From the human T2T-CHM13v2.0 reference genome, Homo sapiens: a DNA stretch of 64,000 nucleotides. Below are positions 15,001-28,655 of the stretch, in pieces. Below the pieces are notes generated by a model that was not told the DNA's origin, did no database searches, and worked only from the letters and a program-made list of their open reading frames with translations. Position numbers and translations under genes: made by a program. Numbering within the stretch: the stretch's first letter is position 1; the number at the start of each line of letters is the position of its first letter. The DNA lies in the NCBI GenBank assembly GCA_009914755.4, contig CP086569.2:8000001-8064000 (forward strand), written 5' to 3'.

Positions 15001-17990
15001 ATGAGCATCACAATCTCATGTGTGTGCTGACCATAGTATGACACTCCCTACAACATCTGAGAATTTTATACAAGAGGCATGAGAGTAGCAAAACTCTGAG
15101 GCCTATATGGTTATATGAACTCACCATCTTACATATTGCCCTAAACCCAGGTATGACAGTCAACATCTCTCCTATAGGCTGGCTTCAGGGATGAGACCAT
15201 TATTATGCCTGTGAGCTGGGTCCAGAAATGGGTCACCATCACACCTGTGGCCAGATTCATTTCTGAAATTCACAATTCCAACTTTGTGCTTTATTCACTT
15301 GTTAGACTCATGACCTCATCAGTGGGCCTTGTAAATGTAGAATAGTAACAACTTTTACTTTCACCTTAGTTTGTAGTCTAGAGTCATAATCTTAACTTTT
15401 TGCTGGGTTCTGTTATAAAACACTCTGTTCCACCCAAGAAGTTTGTATGATGTGAGTTGGTGTTGTAAACTTCTGTGAGATTTGTACACATTTGCAGTGA
15501 AGAACCTTACCTATTGACATAATCCTAGGGGTGAGAGGCATCCTATCTCCTATTGGTTGAATCCCAATATAAGCTTGATCATTAGGTTTTGAACTGAAGC
15601 AAGGTATATGTCACAATCCCATTTCTGGGCAAAAAAGTAGGCCGAAGGTTAACATCACTTTAAGTGTTCTGCCAAGCCATATATCACAATGCCCTCTCTA
15701 GGCAGAGCCTAAAAATGAGGCTGACATTAACTGTCAGTTTAAGCCAGAAATTTTATACAACCACAAGTGGAAGAATCCTAGCAATATGATGAGAGCCAAA
15801 GTACTTACAGAATGGGACAAAGATATGTCAAAATATCTTCTATGGTTCTGGCAAAGAAAGGAGAGTCTCATGATTAGTGTGCTAGGCCCAGCAATATGCC
15901 ATAATTTCCTCTTTATAAATGACCTAGGCAGAAGAGTAACATCATCTGGGTGCTGGGCCTTGAAATACAGTAAGTGTCCTGTTTGTGGGCATTGTTCAGC
16001 AAGAAGACATAAGTCATATTACCTAAGTGCTGGGCTCATCAACATGTCACAATATTCCCATTGTAAAGGCCCAGAAAGAAGTCATGTCACTTAGGTTATG
16101 GGCTCAGAGATATGGCCCAATGTAACCAGCAGGCATGGCTCAGGCAGAAAAAGACAGTCATATTCCCTAGGTGCTTCTTTAGGTATATGTTGCAATTTAA
16201 TATGTTGGCACAACCCAGGTAGAAAAGCAAAATCACTTTGTCCTGGGTCATGAGATATTCTTAAGTCACCCTTAGAGAAGGACCTAGACAAGAGAGTAAC
16301 ATCACCTAGATGCAGGTTTCACCCTTATGCCACAATGATACATGTGGGCAGAACCAAGCAGGAAGTCACATCAACTAAGTGATAGGCCCAGAGATATGTT
16401 CCAAAGCCCTCCTTAAAGCATGGCCCTGACAAAAGAGTACCATCACTTTTGTGCCTTGCCTAGCAATATGTCACTATTCAAGTCAGCAGGTCCCAAGCAG
16501 AAGAGCCATATCACCTACATGATATGTTCTGTGATATGTAAAAATGCCCTTTTTTGAGCATGGCCCTTGCAAAAGAGTATCATCACCTGTGTGCCTGGCC
16601 TAGAAATATGTCTCTGTTCTTCCCTGTGCTGCAGGACCGCTTCCAGAGAGGAGAGTTATGTCTTCTAGATGATGGACACAGTCATATATCACAATGATGT
16701 CTGTGGGCATGGTGTAGGCAAGAATGTAACATCACCTAGGTGCTGGATCCAGTGATGTCACCATTCTTGCTAAGCATGATCCAGGCAGAAGAGTCACATC
16801 ATTTCAAGGTTGACCCATGTAGATATCAAAATCCCATATATAGTCTAGATCCAGTCTGAAGAATGAAATCATGCAGGTGCTTGCCATAGATTTATATCAC
16901 AAAGTTCTGGAATTATAGGCATTAGCCACTGTGCCCGGCCTTTGAGTACAACTTTGTGTGAGATTTAGTACTTTATTTGTACCTGTTCTTGTGAGAGAAT
17001 AAAAATGAGGTCAGCTGGGTGTGCAACCAAGAGTCACAATTGCATCTGGTTGCTGCTGTTCCCTGTTATGACACTCTTTGTATTACTCAGGATTTATATG
17101 ATATGCCTGAGTTTCATAATCCTCTGTGAAATTCATGCAATTATGAGACCAATTACTTTACTTATTGCTGTAAGACTGACTATGAGATCCAAAATATCTC
17201 TCCCTTCTGGATCCAGGTATGAGAGTTATATTAGTGCATGTGAGTTGAACCTAGGTATATGTCACAATTTCACCTGTGGGCAGAAACAAGGCAGGAGGGT
17301 CTCATCCCCTAGATTCTGAGCTCAGGATGCATTATAATCTTCTTTGCAGCCAGGGCAAGTCAGAAGTGTTATATCACCTGGGTAAAGCCCCAAATAATAT
17401 GACACCATGTTCCCTGTAGACAGGGTGTGAAGAAAAAGAGGAGAGTCACACCACCTTGGTGCTGGGCTTGGCAATATGTAATAATCTCCTTTTTTTGCAG
17501 ACTCCATAATAAAAGGAAGAGTTGCATTACCTAGGTTTTGCACTCAGCATCATGTTGCATTACTTAATGCAACATAATGCACTCAGCATTATGTCAGTAC
17601 CATAATGCACTCAGCATTATGTCATGATTAGTTTAGTAGGCAGGACCCTGTGATCAGGGCCTAGAAAAGACAATCAAATAATTCATGGGCTGGGCAAAGG
17701 CTGTTGTCTTAATTACACTCTCAGTAATATTTGGAAATAAGTCTCACATCCCACACAAGTCCTGGTTTTGTACATGTGAGTCAAATCTTTCTATGAGTTT
17801 TTGTATATGTGAGTATATGAGTTTTGGTATATGTGAGTCAACTCTTTCTATGAGTTGGGTCAAAGTAGTCGAGTCACAATCTCAACAATGGGTAAGATTT
17901 ATGTGTAAGAACTCCAATCGCACTTGAAGATTGTGTTTCAGTAGGGGAATTACAGCATGACAGGTGTGCTGAATCATGATTTAAATATTG

Positions 17991-18290
17991 CTCACTCCTT
18001 CAATCCCGACACTTTGGGAGGCCAAGACAGGAGGATCACTTGAAGCCAAGATTTTAAGACCACCCTGGGTAACATAGCAAGACCCTATCTCTACAAAAAA
18101 TTGAAAAATTATCCAGGCATGGTGGTGCATGCCTGTTGTCCTAGCTACTCAAGAGGCTGCAGAGGGAGGATCGCTTGAGCCCAGGAGTTTGAGGTTACAG
18201 TGAGCTGTGATTGTCCCACTGCACTTCAGCATGGGCAACAGAGTGAGACTTGTCTCTGAAACAAACCAATACTAAATTAAATAAAACATA
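17991..18290 (+). mobile_element. Alu (5'-truncated by ~12 bp, older subfamily), plus orientation, inside the satellite
   Basis: ctcactccttcaatcccgacactttgggaggccaagacaggaggatcacttgaagcc...gcccaggagtttgaggttacagtgagctgtgattgtcccactgcacttcagcatgggcaacagagtgagac. Confidence 0.85.
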
Positions 18291-18510
18291 AGCACAAATA
18301 CACACTCACACACATACAAGAGTATATATATATCCTAAAGTTTATTCCACAGTAACCATAGTAATATATAGAGATTTTTCTAATTCTTTTTACAGCTGCA
18401 TAATAATCGGTTGTGTTAATCTTCATAGTTTATTTAACTATTCTGTGTTATTGAATATTTGGATTATTTGCAATCCACTTGCTATTAAAAACGGTGGTTC
18501 AATAAAAAAA
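18291..18510. other. Unclassified ~220 bp non-satellite insert just 3' of the Alu, ending in a short poly-A; the satellite resumes in phase afterwards
   Basis: Sequence ataagcacaaatacacactcacacacatacaag...ccacttgctattaaaaacggtggttcaataaaaaaaatt has no satellite motifs. The array resumes with accaaagcacctgtgaatctgatctatgtatgagag, homologous to 12390. Confidence 0.4.
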
Positions 18511-19439
18511 ATTACCAAAGCACCTGTGAATCTGATCTATGTATGAGAGTAATTATTTCAACCTTTGACTATTTTATATGTCAGATATAGTACCTCATTC
18601 CTAGACCCTGTTCAAGTTTGAGAATGACAATCATGTCAGATAGGTGTGCATACAAGAGTCACATTCTCAACTGGTTGCTGGTCTCTGTTATGACACTTTG
18701 TACCACTAAGTGTTTATGTGATAGGCCTGAGGGCTATAATCCTTTATGACCCTTATACAAGTGAAAAATCCAGGACTTTACCCATGACCATAAGACTGGC
18801 TGAGAGTCAAAATATCTCTACTGGCTGGGTCCAGGTGTGACAGATATTATTATAAATGTGTATTTAACTCCGGTATATGTCACAATTTCACCTGTGAGCA
18901 GGGACAAGGCAGGAGAGTCACATTACCTGAGTGCTGAGCCAGTGATACACTATGATATCATTTGCAGCCTGGTCTTATTCAGAAAGGTCATATCACCTAG
19001 GTAAAGCCTTAAATAGTACGTCACCAAGCCCATGACAGACAGGGAAGAAGAAAAAAAGGAGAGTCACTCCACTAAGGTGCTGGGATCTTCAATATGTAAT
19101 AATTCCCTCTCTTGGCAGAATCTAGAATATGAAGAAGAGCCACATCACCTAGGTTTTGCAATCAGTAGTATGTCATAATTTCTTTTGTCGTCAGGACCCA
19201 GGCAAGACATGAGAGTCACATGACCTAGATTAGTTAGCCAAATGATATTTCAGAATATCCTCTGGGGGCAGAGGCAGGAGAGAAAAATTGCCTAGCTTAC
19301 AGGCCAAAAGATATGTCATAATATTCCCCATTGTCAGGGTCCAGGCAGAAGAGTCATATTATTATGATTCTAACCTGGAGATATGTCACAGTTCATCTGT
19401 ATGTAGGAATTTATGCCAAAACATCTCAACACCTTGGTA

Positions 19440-19905
19440 GTAGGCCTACATCTCCTAGACGAGTCAGCTGCTCCCACAGAATCCTCACACGACCACCCCA
19501 ACCTCTCACCCTCAATAATTATCTTTCTATGCTATTAAAATTAATTGTGACCACCACCCCATCATACTCAAATATTCATTGGACCAATGCCAACTCTCTT
19601 AATAATTCTAATAATAAAGACCCTCAAATATCAGTAGTTGACCCTCATGTTTCAGGATATTCCTTAATAGTGATAGCCACAGTATAACCAAAAACAACCA
19701 TCATATCACCTAAATAAATAAAAAAAAGACTATTGACCCTATGAAACCCCCAAGAAAATTCAACACAATTCCACAACACACAGCATCACTAATAATTAAC
19801 TCTAGGCCTCCATAAATAGAAGAAAGTTTTGAAGAAAAACCTACAAACCTTACAGCCAAGGGAATACTTAATAAAAATAAAGCATATTACATTATTCTCA
19901 CATGG
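19440..19905 (-). pseudogene. MT-ND6: NUMT-derived MT-ND6 (partial, encoded on the complementary strand)
   Basis: ctatgctattaaaattaattgtgaccaccaccccatcatactc matches human cctacactattaaagtttaccacaaccaccaccccatcatactc. Lies upstream of tRNA-Glu as in mtDNA. Confidence 0.7.
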
Positions 19906-19974
19906 ACTATAACTATGACTAATGATATGAAAACCATCGTTGTACTTCAACTATAAGAACATTAATGACCAATA
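19906..19974 (-). pseudogene. MT-TE: NUMT-derived tRNA-Glu
   Basis: tattctcacatggactataactatgactaatgatatgaaaaccatcgttgtacttcaactataagaaca matches human tattctcgcacggactacaaccacgaccaatgatatgaaaaaccatcgttgtatttcaactacaagaac. Confidence 0.8.
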
Positions 19975-19976
19975 CT

Positions 19977-21078
19977 CACAAAACACATTGCTAATAAAAT
20001 TATTAACTACTAATTCATTGATCTTTCCACACCATCTAACATTTCTACATGATGAAACTTTGGATCACTTCTTGGTGGCTGCCTAATTCTCCAGATCCTC
20101 ACAGGATTATTCTTGGCCCTGCACTATACTTCAGACACCTCAACTGCATTTCCTTCAGTTGCTCATATCAGCCAAGATGTAAACTGCAGTTGAATGGTTT
20201 GTTATTTTCAGGACAATGGCCCTTCAATATTTTTCATCTGCTTCTTCTTATGTGTTGACCAAGGCTTATATTACAAATCATTTCTATTCCTGGAAACCTG
20301 AAATATTGGCATTATCCTCCTATTCACAACTATAGCATCAGCATTCATAGGCTACATGCTCCCATGGGACAAATATCATTTTGAGGCACTACAGTAATTA
20401 CAAATCTGCTATCAGCCATACAATATATTGGAACTGACCTGGTACAATGAATCTGAGGCAGATTCTCAGTGAACAAGGCCACCCTCAAACAACTATTCAG
20501 ATTCAATTTCATCTTACTTTTCAACCCTACAGCTCTAGCAACGATTCACCTTTTATTCTTGCATGAGAGAGGATTTTTAGGAGTTTCATCAGACCCAGAC
20601 AAAATCATGCTCCACCCCTACTATAAAACCAAAGATATCTAGGTTTAATTTTTCTTCTCCTTCTAATAACTCTAGTACTGTTTTCACCAGACCTCCTTAA
20701 CAACCCAGATAATTAGAGTTTAGCCAACCCCCTCAATACTCCACCCCACATTAACCAATACCTTTTTTTGGTGTACCCAATCTTACTACCTATCCCTAAC
20801 AACCTAGGAAGTGTACTGGCCCTCATATCATCCACTCTCATTCTAGCAGTTATTTCTGTACTTCACAAGTCTAAGCAACAAGGCATCATATGCCAGCCAT
20901 TAAATCAATGCATATTCTGAATCCTAGTGGCTGTTCTGTTTACATTCACATGAATCGGAGGGAAGCCATCAAATACCCTTTTATTGACATCAGACAGACA
21001 GCATCTATCATGTACTTCTCTACCATCCTCACCCTTATGCTGCTCACTACCCTAATTGAAAATAAATTACTTAAATGA
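19977..21078 (+). pseudogene. MT-CYB: NUMT-derived cytochrome b (near full-length, degenerate)
   Basis: ttaatgaccaatactcacaaaacacattgctaataaaatt...catgatgaaactttggatcacttcttggtggctgcctaattctccag matches human atgaccccaatacgcaaaactaaccccctaataaaatt...gcatgatgaaacttcggctcactccttggcgcctgcctgatcctccaa. Ends ...attgaaaataaattacttaaatga. Confidence 0.85.
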
Positions 21079-21081
21079 AAA

Positions 21082-21150
21082 TTCTCTTGTAGTATAATTC
21101 AATACTCTGATCTTCTAAACCAGAAATGGAGAATCCCCTCTACAGGACAA
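21082..21150 (+). pseudogene. MT-TT: NUMT-derived tRNA-Thr
   Basis: tctcttgtagtataattcaatactctgatcttctaaaccagaaatggagaatcccctctacaggaca matches human gtccttgtagtataaactaatacaccagtcttgtaaaccggagatgaaaacctttttccaaggaca. Confidence 0.75.
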
Positions 21151-21218
21151 CTCAAGAAAAAAGCATTTCTACTTCACCGTCAACTCCCAAAGCTGAAATT
21201 CTAATTAAATTATCCCTG
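21151..21218 (-). pseudogene. MT-TP: NUMT-derived tRNA-Pro
   Basis: caagaaaaaagcatttctacttcaccgtcaactcccaaagctgaaattctaattaaattatccctg matches human cagagaaaaagtctttaactccaccattagcacccaaagctaagattctaatttaaactattctctg. Confidence 0.75.
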
Positions 21219-22532
21219 AATTTTTTTACAGCACACACTTTAACTACTATGTCAGTATTAATCAACTAACACTAATACATTAGTGCTTTTATGTATTTTG
21301 TACATTACTGCTATCCCCATGAATAGTATGTATTACTATAATTGTTTATTCATACTTTCATACATGCAGATACATTACAAATCTGCTCCACATACATATA
21401 AGCATGTATTAACCTTCCCTTAATCAACTATGCTATATCTACTATTATTGACAGTACAATACAAATCTAATTTATATGAATATTGACCTATATTAGATAT
21501 CCTTAATATGACATAGTGCCTACATTTATTTTTCAGACATAACACATTTCTGTCAAGAAATCTCTTGTCAACATGGATATCCTCTACCAAATCCTGATCT
21601 CTTAATCTACCAACTTCTGTGAAATCACCATCCTAATTGGGAGTACTACCCACCTCATTCTGGGCCCTTAACACATGTGGCTGACTATTTTGAAAGTATA
21701 ACTGGCAACTGGTTCTTACTTCAGGACCATGAAACTAAGATCACTCACATGTTCCCCTTAAATAAGACATATTGATAGACTAAAGGCTACCACCATATTA
21801 ACCAGTAATGGGAGCACTATCATGCATTTGATATTTTTAACTTTGGAGGCTGCTGTCACTCACCATCAAGGAAAGCCTAGTCTCCTCTGAATCTGCTGTA
21901 CATGAATTCAGATTTAATTCCTGCCAAATCAATGGTAGAAACTGAGCTCGTATTGAATATTCTGGGCTGGCACAGGAACCATAGCTGTTAATTAATTCTT
22001 GCTTAAAAGACATAACAATTAGTCATTAGGCACGTATGTTCATGAAGGTATGCTCACTTTCAAGAACTACTTCTGATTAAATCCACAAACTCCTCCTCCC
22101 CTCATCACTGACTTTACCATCAACCAAGGTAAATTTATCTTTGCCAAATTCCAAAAACAAGAGACTAAACTGGAACACAGCTAGAACTCAAAAATCATAT
22201 TTTAACCATGAATACCCCAACTTCTACCCCAGGATTGAGGAAATTTTCCTAAAAATCTTAAGACCCAACAAATCAAGCCTCCATTTTATATAATGAATAT
22301 AATAACTAAACTTCCATCTTAACACTAATATAATAACCTGAGCATATCTCTCTAAAAGCGCCACCCCATGTATTATACCTTAAATCAATTATATTCTAAT
22401 TATGAGTAATCCTCTCAACTCAATCTCTGCCAATTCAACTTCAAAGGCCGTGAATTCTCAGAAGTGTAAATGACTACTTATATTTACTTCTCTCCTTCTC
22501 ATATTCTAATTTTAGACTTAAGTATCTATACA
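21219..22532 (+). pseudogene. NUMT-derived mitochondrial control region (D-loop)
   Basis: Lies between the tRNA-Pro and tRNA-Phe copies. Retains the conserved block ttcaggaccatgaaactaagatcactcacatgttccccttaaataagacat (human cttcagggtcataaagcctaaatagcccacacgttccccttaaataagacatcacgatg). Confidence 0.7.
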
Positions 22533-22605
22533 GTTAACATAGCTTTATTATTTCAAAGCAAGACACTGAAAATGTCTAGATGGGTCTAGACAATCCCATA
22601 AACAA
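22533..22605 (+). pseudogene. MT-TF: NUMT-derived tRNA-Phe
   Basis: gttaacatagctttattatttcaaagcaagacactgaaaatgtctagatgggtctagacaatcccataaacaaa matches human gtttatgtagcttacctcctcaaagcaatacactgaaaatgtttagacgggctcacatcaccccataaacaaa. Confidence 0.75.
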
Positions 22606-23120
22606 ACAGATTTAGTCCAGGCCTTTCTATTAGATCCTAGTAAGATTACACAAGCAAGCATCCCTGAGCCGGTGAAAATGCCTTATAGATCACCCGGATC
22701 AAAAGGAGTAAGAATCAAGGATGCACAAATGCAGCTCAAAACACTTTGCTCAATCACAACCCTGTGGGAAACAGCAGTGATAAATATTTAGTAATAAATG
22801 AATATTTAACTAAGCTATGCTGATATCCAGGGCTGGTCAGTTTCATGCCAGCCACCATGGCCATACGATTAACCCAAGCTAATGGAACACTGCATAAAGA
22901 GTGTGTAAGTTCTGCTCTCACTAAGGCTAAACTCCATCTAAGTTGTAAAAAACTCCAGCTGAAAAACAATATACTATGAAGGTGGTTTTATTATCCTGAA
23001 GGCACAATAGCCAAGACCCAAACAGGAATTAGATAACACACTATGCTCAGCCCTAAACTCTAATAGTTACATTAACAAAACCACCAGAATACTACAAGCA
23101 ACAGCTTAAAATTTAAAGGA
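22606..23120 (+). pseudogene. MT-RNR1: NUMT-derived 12S rRNA, 5' ~515 bp, split from the rest by the L1 insertion
   Basis: tagatttagtccaggcctttctattagatcctagtaagattacacaagcaagcatcc...gccagccaccatggccatacgattaacccaagctaatgg...acagcttaaaatttaaaggac matches human 12S up to ...cacagcttaaaactcaaaggacctggcgg. Confidence 0.85.
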
Positions 23121-25450
<2,330 letters not shown>

Positions 25451-25892
25451 AAAGGACTCAGCGGTGCTTTATATCCCTCTAGAGGAGCCTGTTTTTTAAT
25501 CAATAAAACCTGATATACCTCACCACTTCTTGCCCCCAACCTATATATCCCCCTCTTTAGAAAACCCTAAAATGGTTATAGAGTAAGCACAAGCATACCC
25601 ACAAAAATGTTAGATCAAGGTGTAGCTCCTGAGCTGGCAAGAAGTGGACTACATTTTCTGTACCCAGAATATCTCATAACAACTTCTATGAATTCTAAGG
25701 GCTCAAGGAGAATTTAGCAGTAAACCAAGAGCAGAGTGCTTGGTTGAATAAGGCCATGAAGCATGCATATACCACCTGTCACCCTCCTCAAATATTATTC
25801 TAGAAATTACTATTACTGAAAATTCTCCATGCACTTATAAAGGAGCTCCATGACAAAATGGTAAGCATACTGAAAAGTGTGCTTGGACAAAC
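25451..25892 (+). pseudogene. MT-RNR1: NUMT-derived 12S rRNA, 3' ~440 bp
   Basis: ggactcagcggtgctttatatccctctagaggagcctg...gtaagcatactgaaaagtgtgcttggacaaac matches human ...catggtaagtgtactggaaagtgcacttggacgaac. Confidence 0.85.
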
Positions 25893-25965
25893 AAAAGTGT
25901 AGTTTAACCCAAAGCATCTGGCTTACTCCCAGAAGATGTCATCACAACCTGATCACATTGAGCCA
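25893..25965 (+). pseudogene. MT-TV: NUMT-derived tRNA-Val
   Basis: aaaagtgtagtttaacccaaagcatctggcttactcccagaagatgtcatcacaacctgatcacattgagcc lies between the 12S and 16S copies. Compare human cagagtgtagcttaacacaaagcacccaacttacacttaggagatttcaacttaacttgaccgctctgagc. Confidence 0.7.
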
Positions 25966-27510
25966 GCTCTAGTCCCAAACCTCTCTAAAAATATAATAAA
26001 CTATCTTAATCATACTATTTATCTTAGACAAAAGTATAGGTGATAAATTTTTTTACCCTGGTGCAATAGACATAGTACCATAAGGAAAAGATGAAAAAAC
26101 TGAATAAAGCATTAGAAGGCAAAAACAAACCCTTTTATATTCTGAATAATGTATTGACTAGAAATAACTTTACACAGAGAACCATAGCCAAGTCCCCCAA
26201 ACCGGACTAGCTACTCAAGAACAGCTAAAAGAGCACAGAGTAGGAAGATTCATGAGTAGCAGTGACAAGCCTACTGAGACTGGTGATATCTGGTGGTCCA
26301 AGATAGAATCTTAGTTCAACTTATACTTACCCACAGAATTACTTAAACTCCCTGTAAGTTTAAATGTTATTCTAAAGAGGGACAGCTCTTTAGACCTTAG
26401 GAAACAACTTTCCTAGAGAAACTAAAAAATATTACCACCATAATTGGCCTCAAAGCAGCCCCGATTAGGAAAGCATTCAAGCTAAACATCCAATTACCTT
26501 AAATTCTAATCACCACACTAAACTTTAATATCACTTTGGACTAACTTATTACTTAATATAAGCAATAATGTTAATATAAGTAACATGAAAATATTCTTCT
26601 TTGGATAAGCTTATGTGAGACTGGAATAATTCACTGATAGTTAATAGCCCAATATTAATAATTGATATAATAAGCACCCTATTATTTATACTGTTAATCC
26701 AACACAGGTATGCTCTAAGGAATGATTAAAAAAACTAAAAGGAACTCAGCAAATCTTACTCTGGCTGTTTACCAAAAACTTCACCTCTAGCATTATCAGT
26801 ATTACAAACACTGCCTGTCCAGTGAAAAATGTTCAATGACCATGGTATCCTGAATGGACAAAGGTAGCATAGTTACTTGTTCCCTAAATAGGGACTTGTG
26901 TGAATGGCCATATGAGGGTTCATCTGTTTCTCACTTTTAATCAGTGAAATTGGTGACCTATCCATGAAGATGTGGATATAAACAAATAAGATGAGGAGAC
27001 CCTATGGAACTTTAATTCATTAATGTAAATAAAAACTCAAAAAATCCTCCAGACCCTAGTGTACTATCGCTGCATTAAAAATTTGGGTTATGGTGACCTT
27101 GGACCATAATTTAAACTTTGCACAACCTAAACTAAGACTGCACTAGTCTAAGAGAGTTGACACACATTGATCCAATAATTTCATCAATGAAATAAGTTAC
27201 CCTAGAGATAACAGCATAATCCTATTCTAGAGTTTATATCAAGAATAGGATTATGACCTATTGACCTTCATGTTTGATAAGGACATGCTAATGGTGTAGC
27301 CAGTATTAAGGATTCTTTTGTTCAGTGATTAAAGTCCTACATGATTTGAGTTCAGACCAGAGTAACCCAGGTCGGTTTCTATCTATTTAACTTTTCTCCT
27401 AGTATGAAAGGACAAGAGAAACAGGGCCCACTTCATAAAGCACCCTCACCCCACAGATGATGTTATCTTACTCTAATATATCACCATGCACCCTACCCAA
27501 GAGCAGGGTT
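25966..27510 (+). pseudogene. MT-RNR2: NUMT-derived 16S rRNA (near full-length)
   Basis: gtaccataaggaaaagatgaaaaa, ggaactcagcaaatcttactctggctgtttaccaaaaacttcacctctagcattatcagtatt, gggataacagc-like gagataacagcataatcctattctagagtttatatcaagaatagg, and the 3' end cagagtaacccaggtcggtttctatctattt...agcagggttt all match conserved 16S blocks. Confidence 0.85.
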
Positions 27511-27585
27511 TGTTAAGATGGCAGAACCTGGCAGTTTCATAAAACTTAAAGTTTATAATCAGAGGTTCAACTCCTCTTCTTAACA
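27511..27585 (+). pseudogene. MT-TL1: NUMT-derived tRNA-Leu(UUR)
   Basis: gttaagatggcagaacctggcagtttcataaaacttaaagtttataatcagaggttcaactcctcttcttaacaac matches human gttaagatggcagagcccggtaatcgcataaaacttaaaactttacagtcagaggttcaattcctcttcttaacaaca. Confidence 0.85.
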
Positions 27586-27587
27586 AC

Positions 27588-27956
27588 ATGCCTATAATTA
27601 ACTTTGTCCAACTTATTACTCCCACTCTAATTGCTATAGCATTCTTTACGCTCATTGAACAAAATATCTTAGGCTATATACAACAATGCAAAAGACTTAA
27701 CACTGTAGGTCCTACGGACTGATTCAACCATTCACTGATGGAATACACTACACACTGTATATTCACCAGAACTCTATATCACAAATTTTATTACAAAGAC
27801 CTTCTTTTACCCACCTTGTTTTTATAAATTGGAAGAGCATACCTCCAATTTAACTGTGAACACCTCACACATTTTCTATGAAAAAAAATTTCTATCACTT
27901 ACACTAGCATTCTGCATATATCACAATGTCTGTCCTAATTTTGAGCATTACACCCC
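27588..27956 (+). pseudogene. MT-ND1: NUMT-derived ND1 with a large internal deletion (~370 bp retained of ~956)
   Basis: 5' end ctaattgctatagcattctttacgctcattgaacaaaatatcttaggctatatacaacaatgcaaaagacttaacactgtaggtcctacggactg matches human ctaatcgcaatggcattcctaatgcttaccgaacgaaaaattctaggctatatacaactacgcaaaggccccaacgttgtaggcccctacgggct. The 3' end runs straight into tRNA-Ile. Total length is far too short for an intact ND1. Confidence 0.7.
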
Positions 27957-28026
27957 AAAGAAAATATGTCTGACAAAATAATTACTTTGACAGAGTAAAC
28001 AATAGGTGTTAAAATCCTCTTATCTC
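27957..28026 (+). pseudogene. MT-TI: NUMT-derived tRNA-Ile
   Basis: agaaaatatgtctgacaaaataattactttgacagagtaaacaataggtgttaaaatcctcttatctc matches human agaaatatgtctgataaaagagttactttgatagagtaaataataggagcttaaacccccttatttc. Confidence 0.8.
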
Positions 28027-28097
28027 TAGAATATAGGAATTGAACCTGCACCTGAGAATCCAAAATTCTCTGTGCTACCTATTACACCACGTCCTAA
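28027..28097 (-). pseudogene. MT-TQ: NUMT-derived tRNA-Gln
   Basis: tagaatataggaattgaacctgcacctgagaatccaaaattctctgtgctacctattacaccacgtcctaa matches human taggactatgagaatcgaacccatccctgagaatccaaaattctccgtgccacctatcacaccccatcctaa. Confidence 0.8.
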
Positions 28098-28098
28098 A

Positions 28099-28166
28099 TT
28101 AAGGTCAGCTAAATAAGCTATCAGGCCCATACACTAAAAATGTTGGTTATATCCTTCCCAAAGTAA
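28099..28166 (+). pseudogene. MT-TM: NUMT-derived tRNA-Met
   Basis: attaaggtcagctaaataagctatcaggcccatacactaaaaatgttggttatatccttcccaaagta matches human agtaaggtcagctaaataagctatcgggcccataccccgaaaatgttggttatacccttcccgtacta. Confidence 0.85.
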
Positions 28167-28655
28167 TTAATCCATTAGTTCAACTTATTATCTCCATTAC
28201 TATTTTCACAGAAACCCTTATCACAATGCTAGACTTACACTGATTTCTCATTTGAATGGAAATAGAAATAAATATAATTGATTTTACCTCAATCTCCATT
28301 AAAAAATAAGTTTCTGCTCTAGAGAAGCAGCCACCAAATATTTGTTTACACATACAACTGCATCTATAATTCTCATGATAGGTATTCTTTCCAATAAACT
28401 TTCCTCCAGGCAATGAATACTATTAATCAAATTTACCCTTAATAATAATAACTGCCCTAGTAATACGACTCAGAATAGCCCCCTTACTTCTAAGTCCCAG
28501 AGATAACCCAAAGAACCTCTCTTATATCTGGCATAATTCTCCTCACATGAGTAAACTAGCCTGTATCTCGATTATGTTTCAAATCTTCCATCAATGAACA
28601 TGAACATCCTCCTATCTATCAAGAACCTATCCATTATAGAGAAAGCTAAGTATTT
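28167..28655 (+). pseudogene. MT-ND2: NUMT-derived ND2, 5' ~490 bp only
   Basis: attaatccattagttcaacttattatctccattactattttcacagaaacccttatcacaatgctagacttacactgatttctcatttgaatggaaatagaaataaatat matches human attaatcccctggcccaacccgtcatctactctaccatctttgcaggcacactcatcacagcgctaagctcgcactgattttttacctgagtaggcctagaaataaacat. Mito-like sequence ends ~28650, where satellite monomers (atatggcacaatctaacatgtgggcagaaa) resume. Confidence 0.8.

Larger units (their letters stand above)
9419..19440 (+). repeat. Beta-satellite-like tandem array (plus), ~70-78 bp monomers in higher-order units of ~4.7-5.6 kb
   Basis: Dense recurrence of gagtcacatcacctaggtgctgg...atatgtcacaat every ~70-78 bp. Longer segments recur, e.g. 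12370-13360 matches 18540-19440. The marker acaggtgtgctgaat..ttcaa...ccacctgtg recurs at ~12375 and ~17960. Includes a ~50 bp Alu fragment at 16898-16950 and an (AAAT)n run at 12037-12090. Confidence 0.8.

Noticed and set aside
19977-21078. Cytochrome b-like and rRNA-like sequence, considered as possible organellar or bacterial contamination
   Set aside because: The mito-like block is flanked on both sides, within this contiguous sequence, by the nuclear satellite. It is interrupted by an L1 with target-site duplication and is ~15% diverged from human mtDNA in the 12S block compared. Those are NUMT hallmarks, not contamination.
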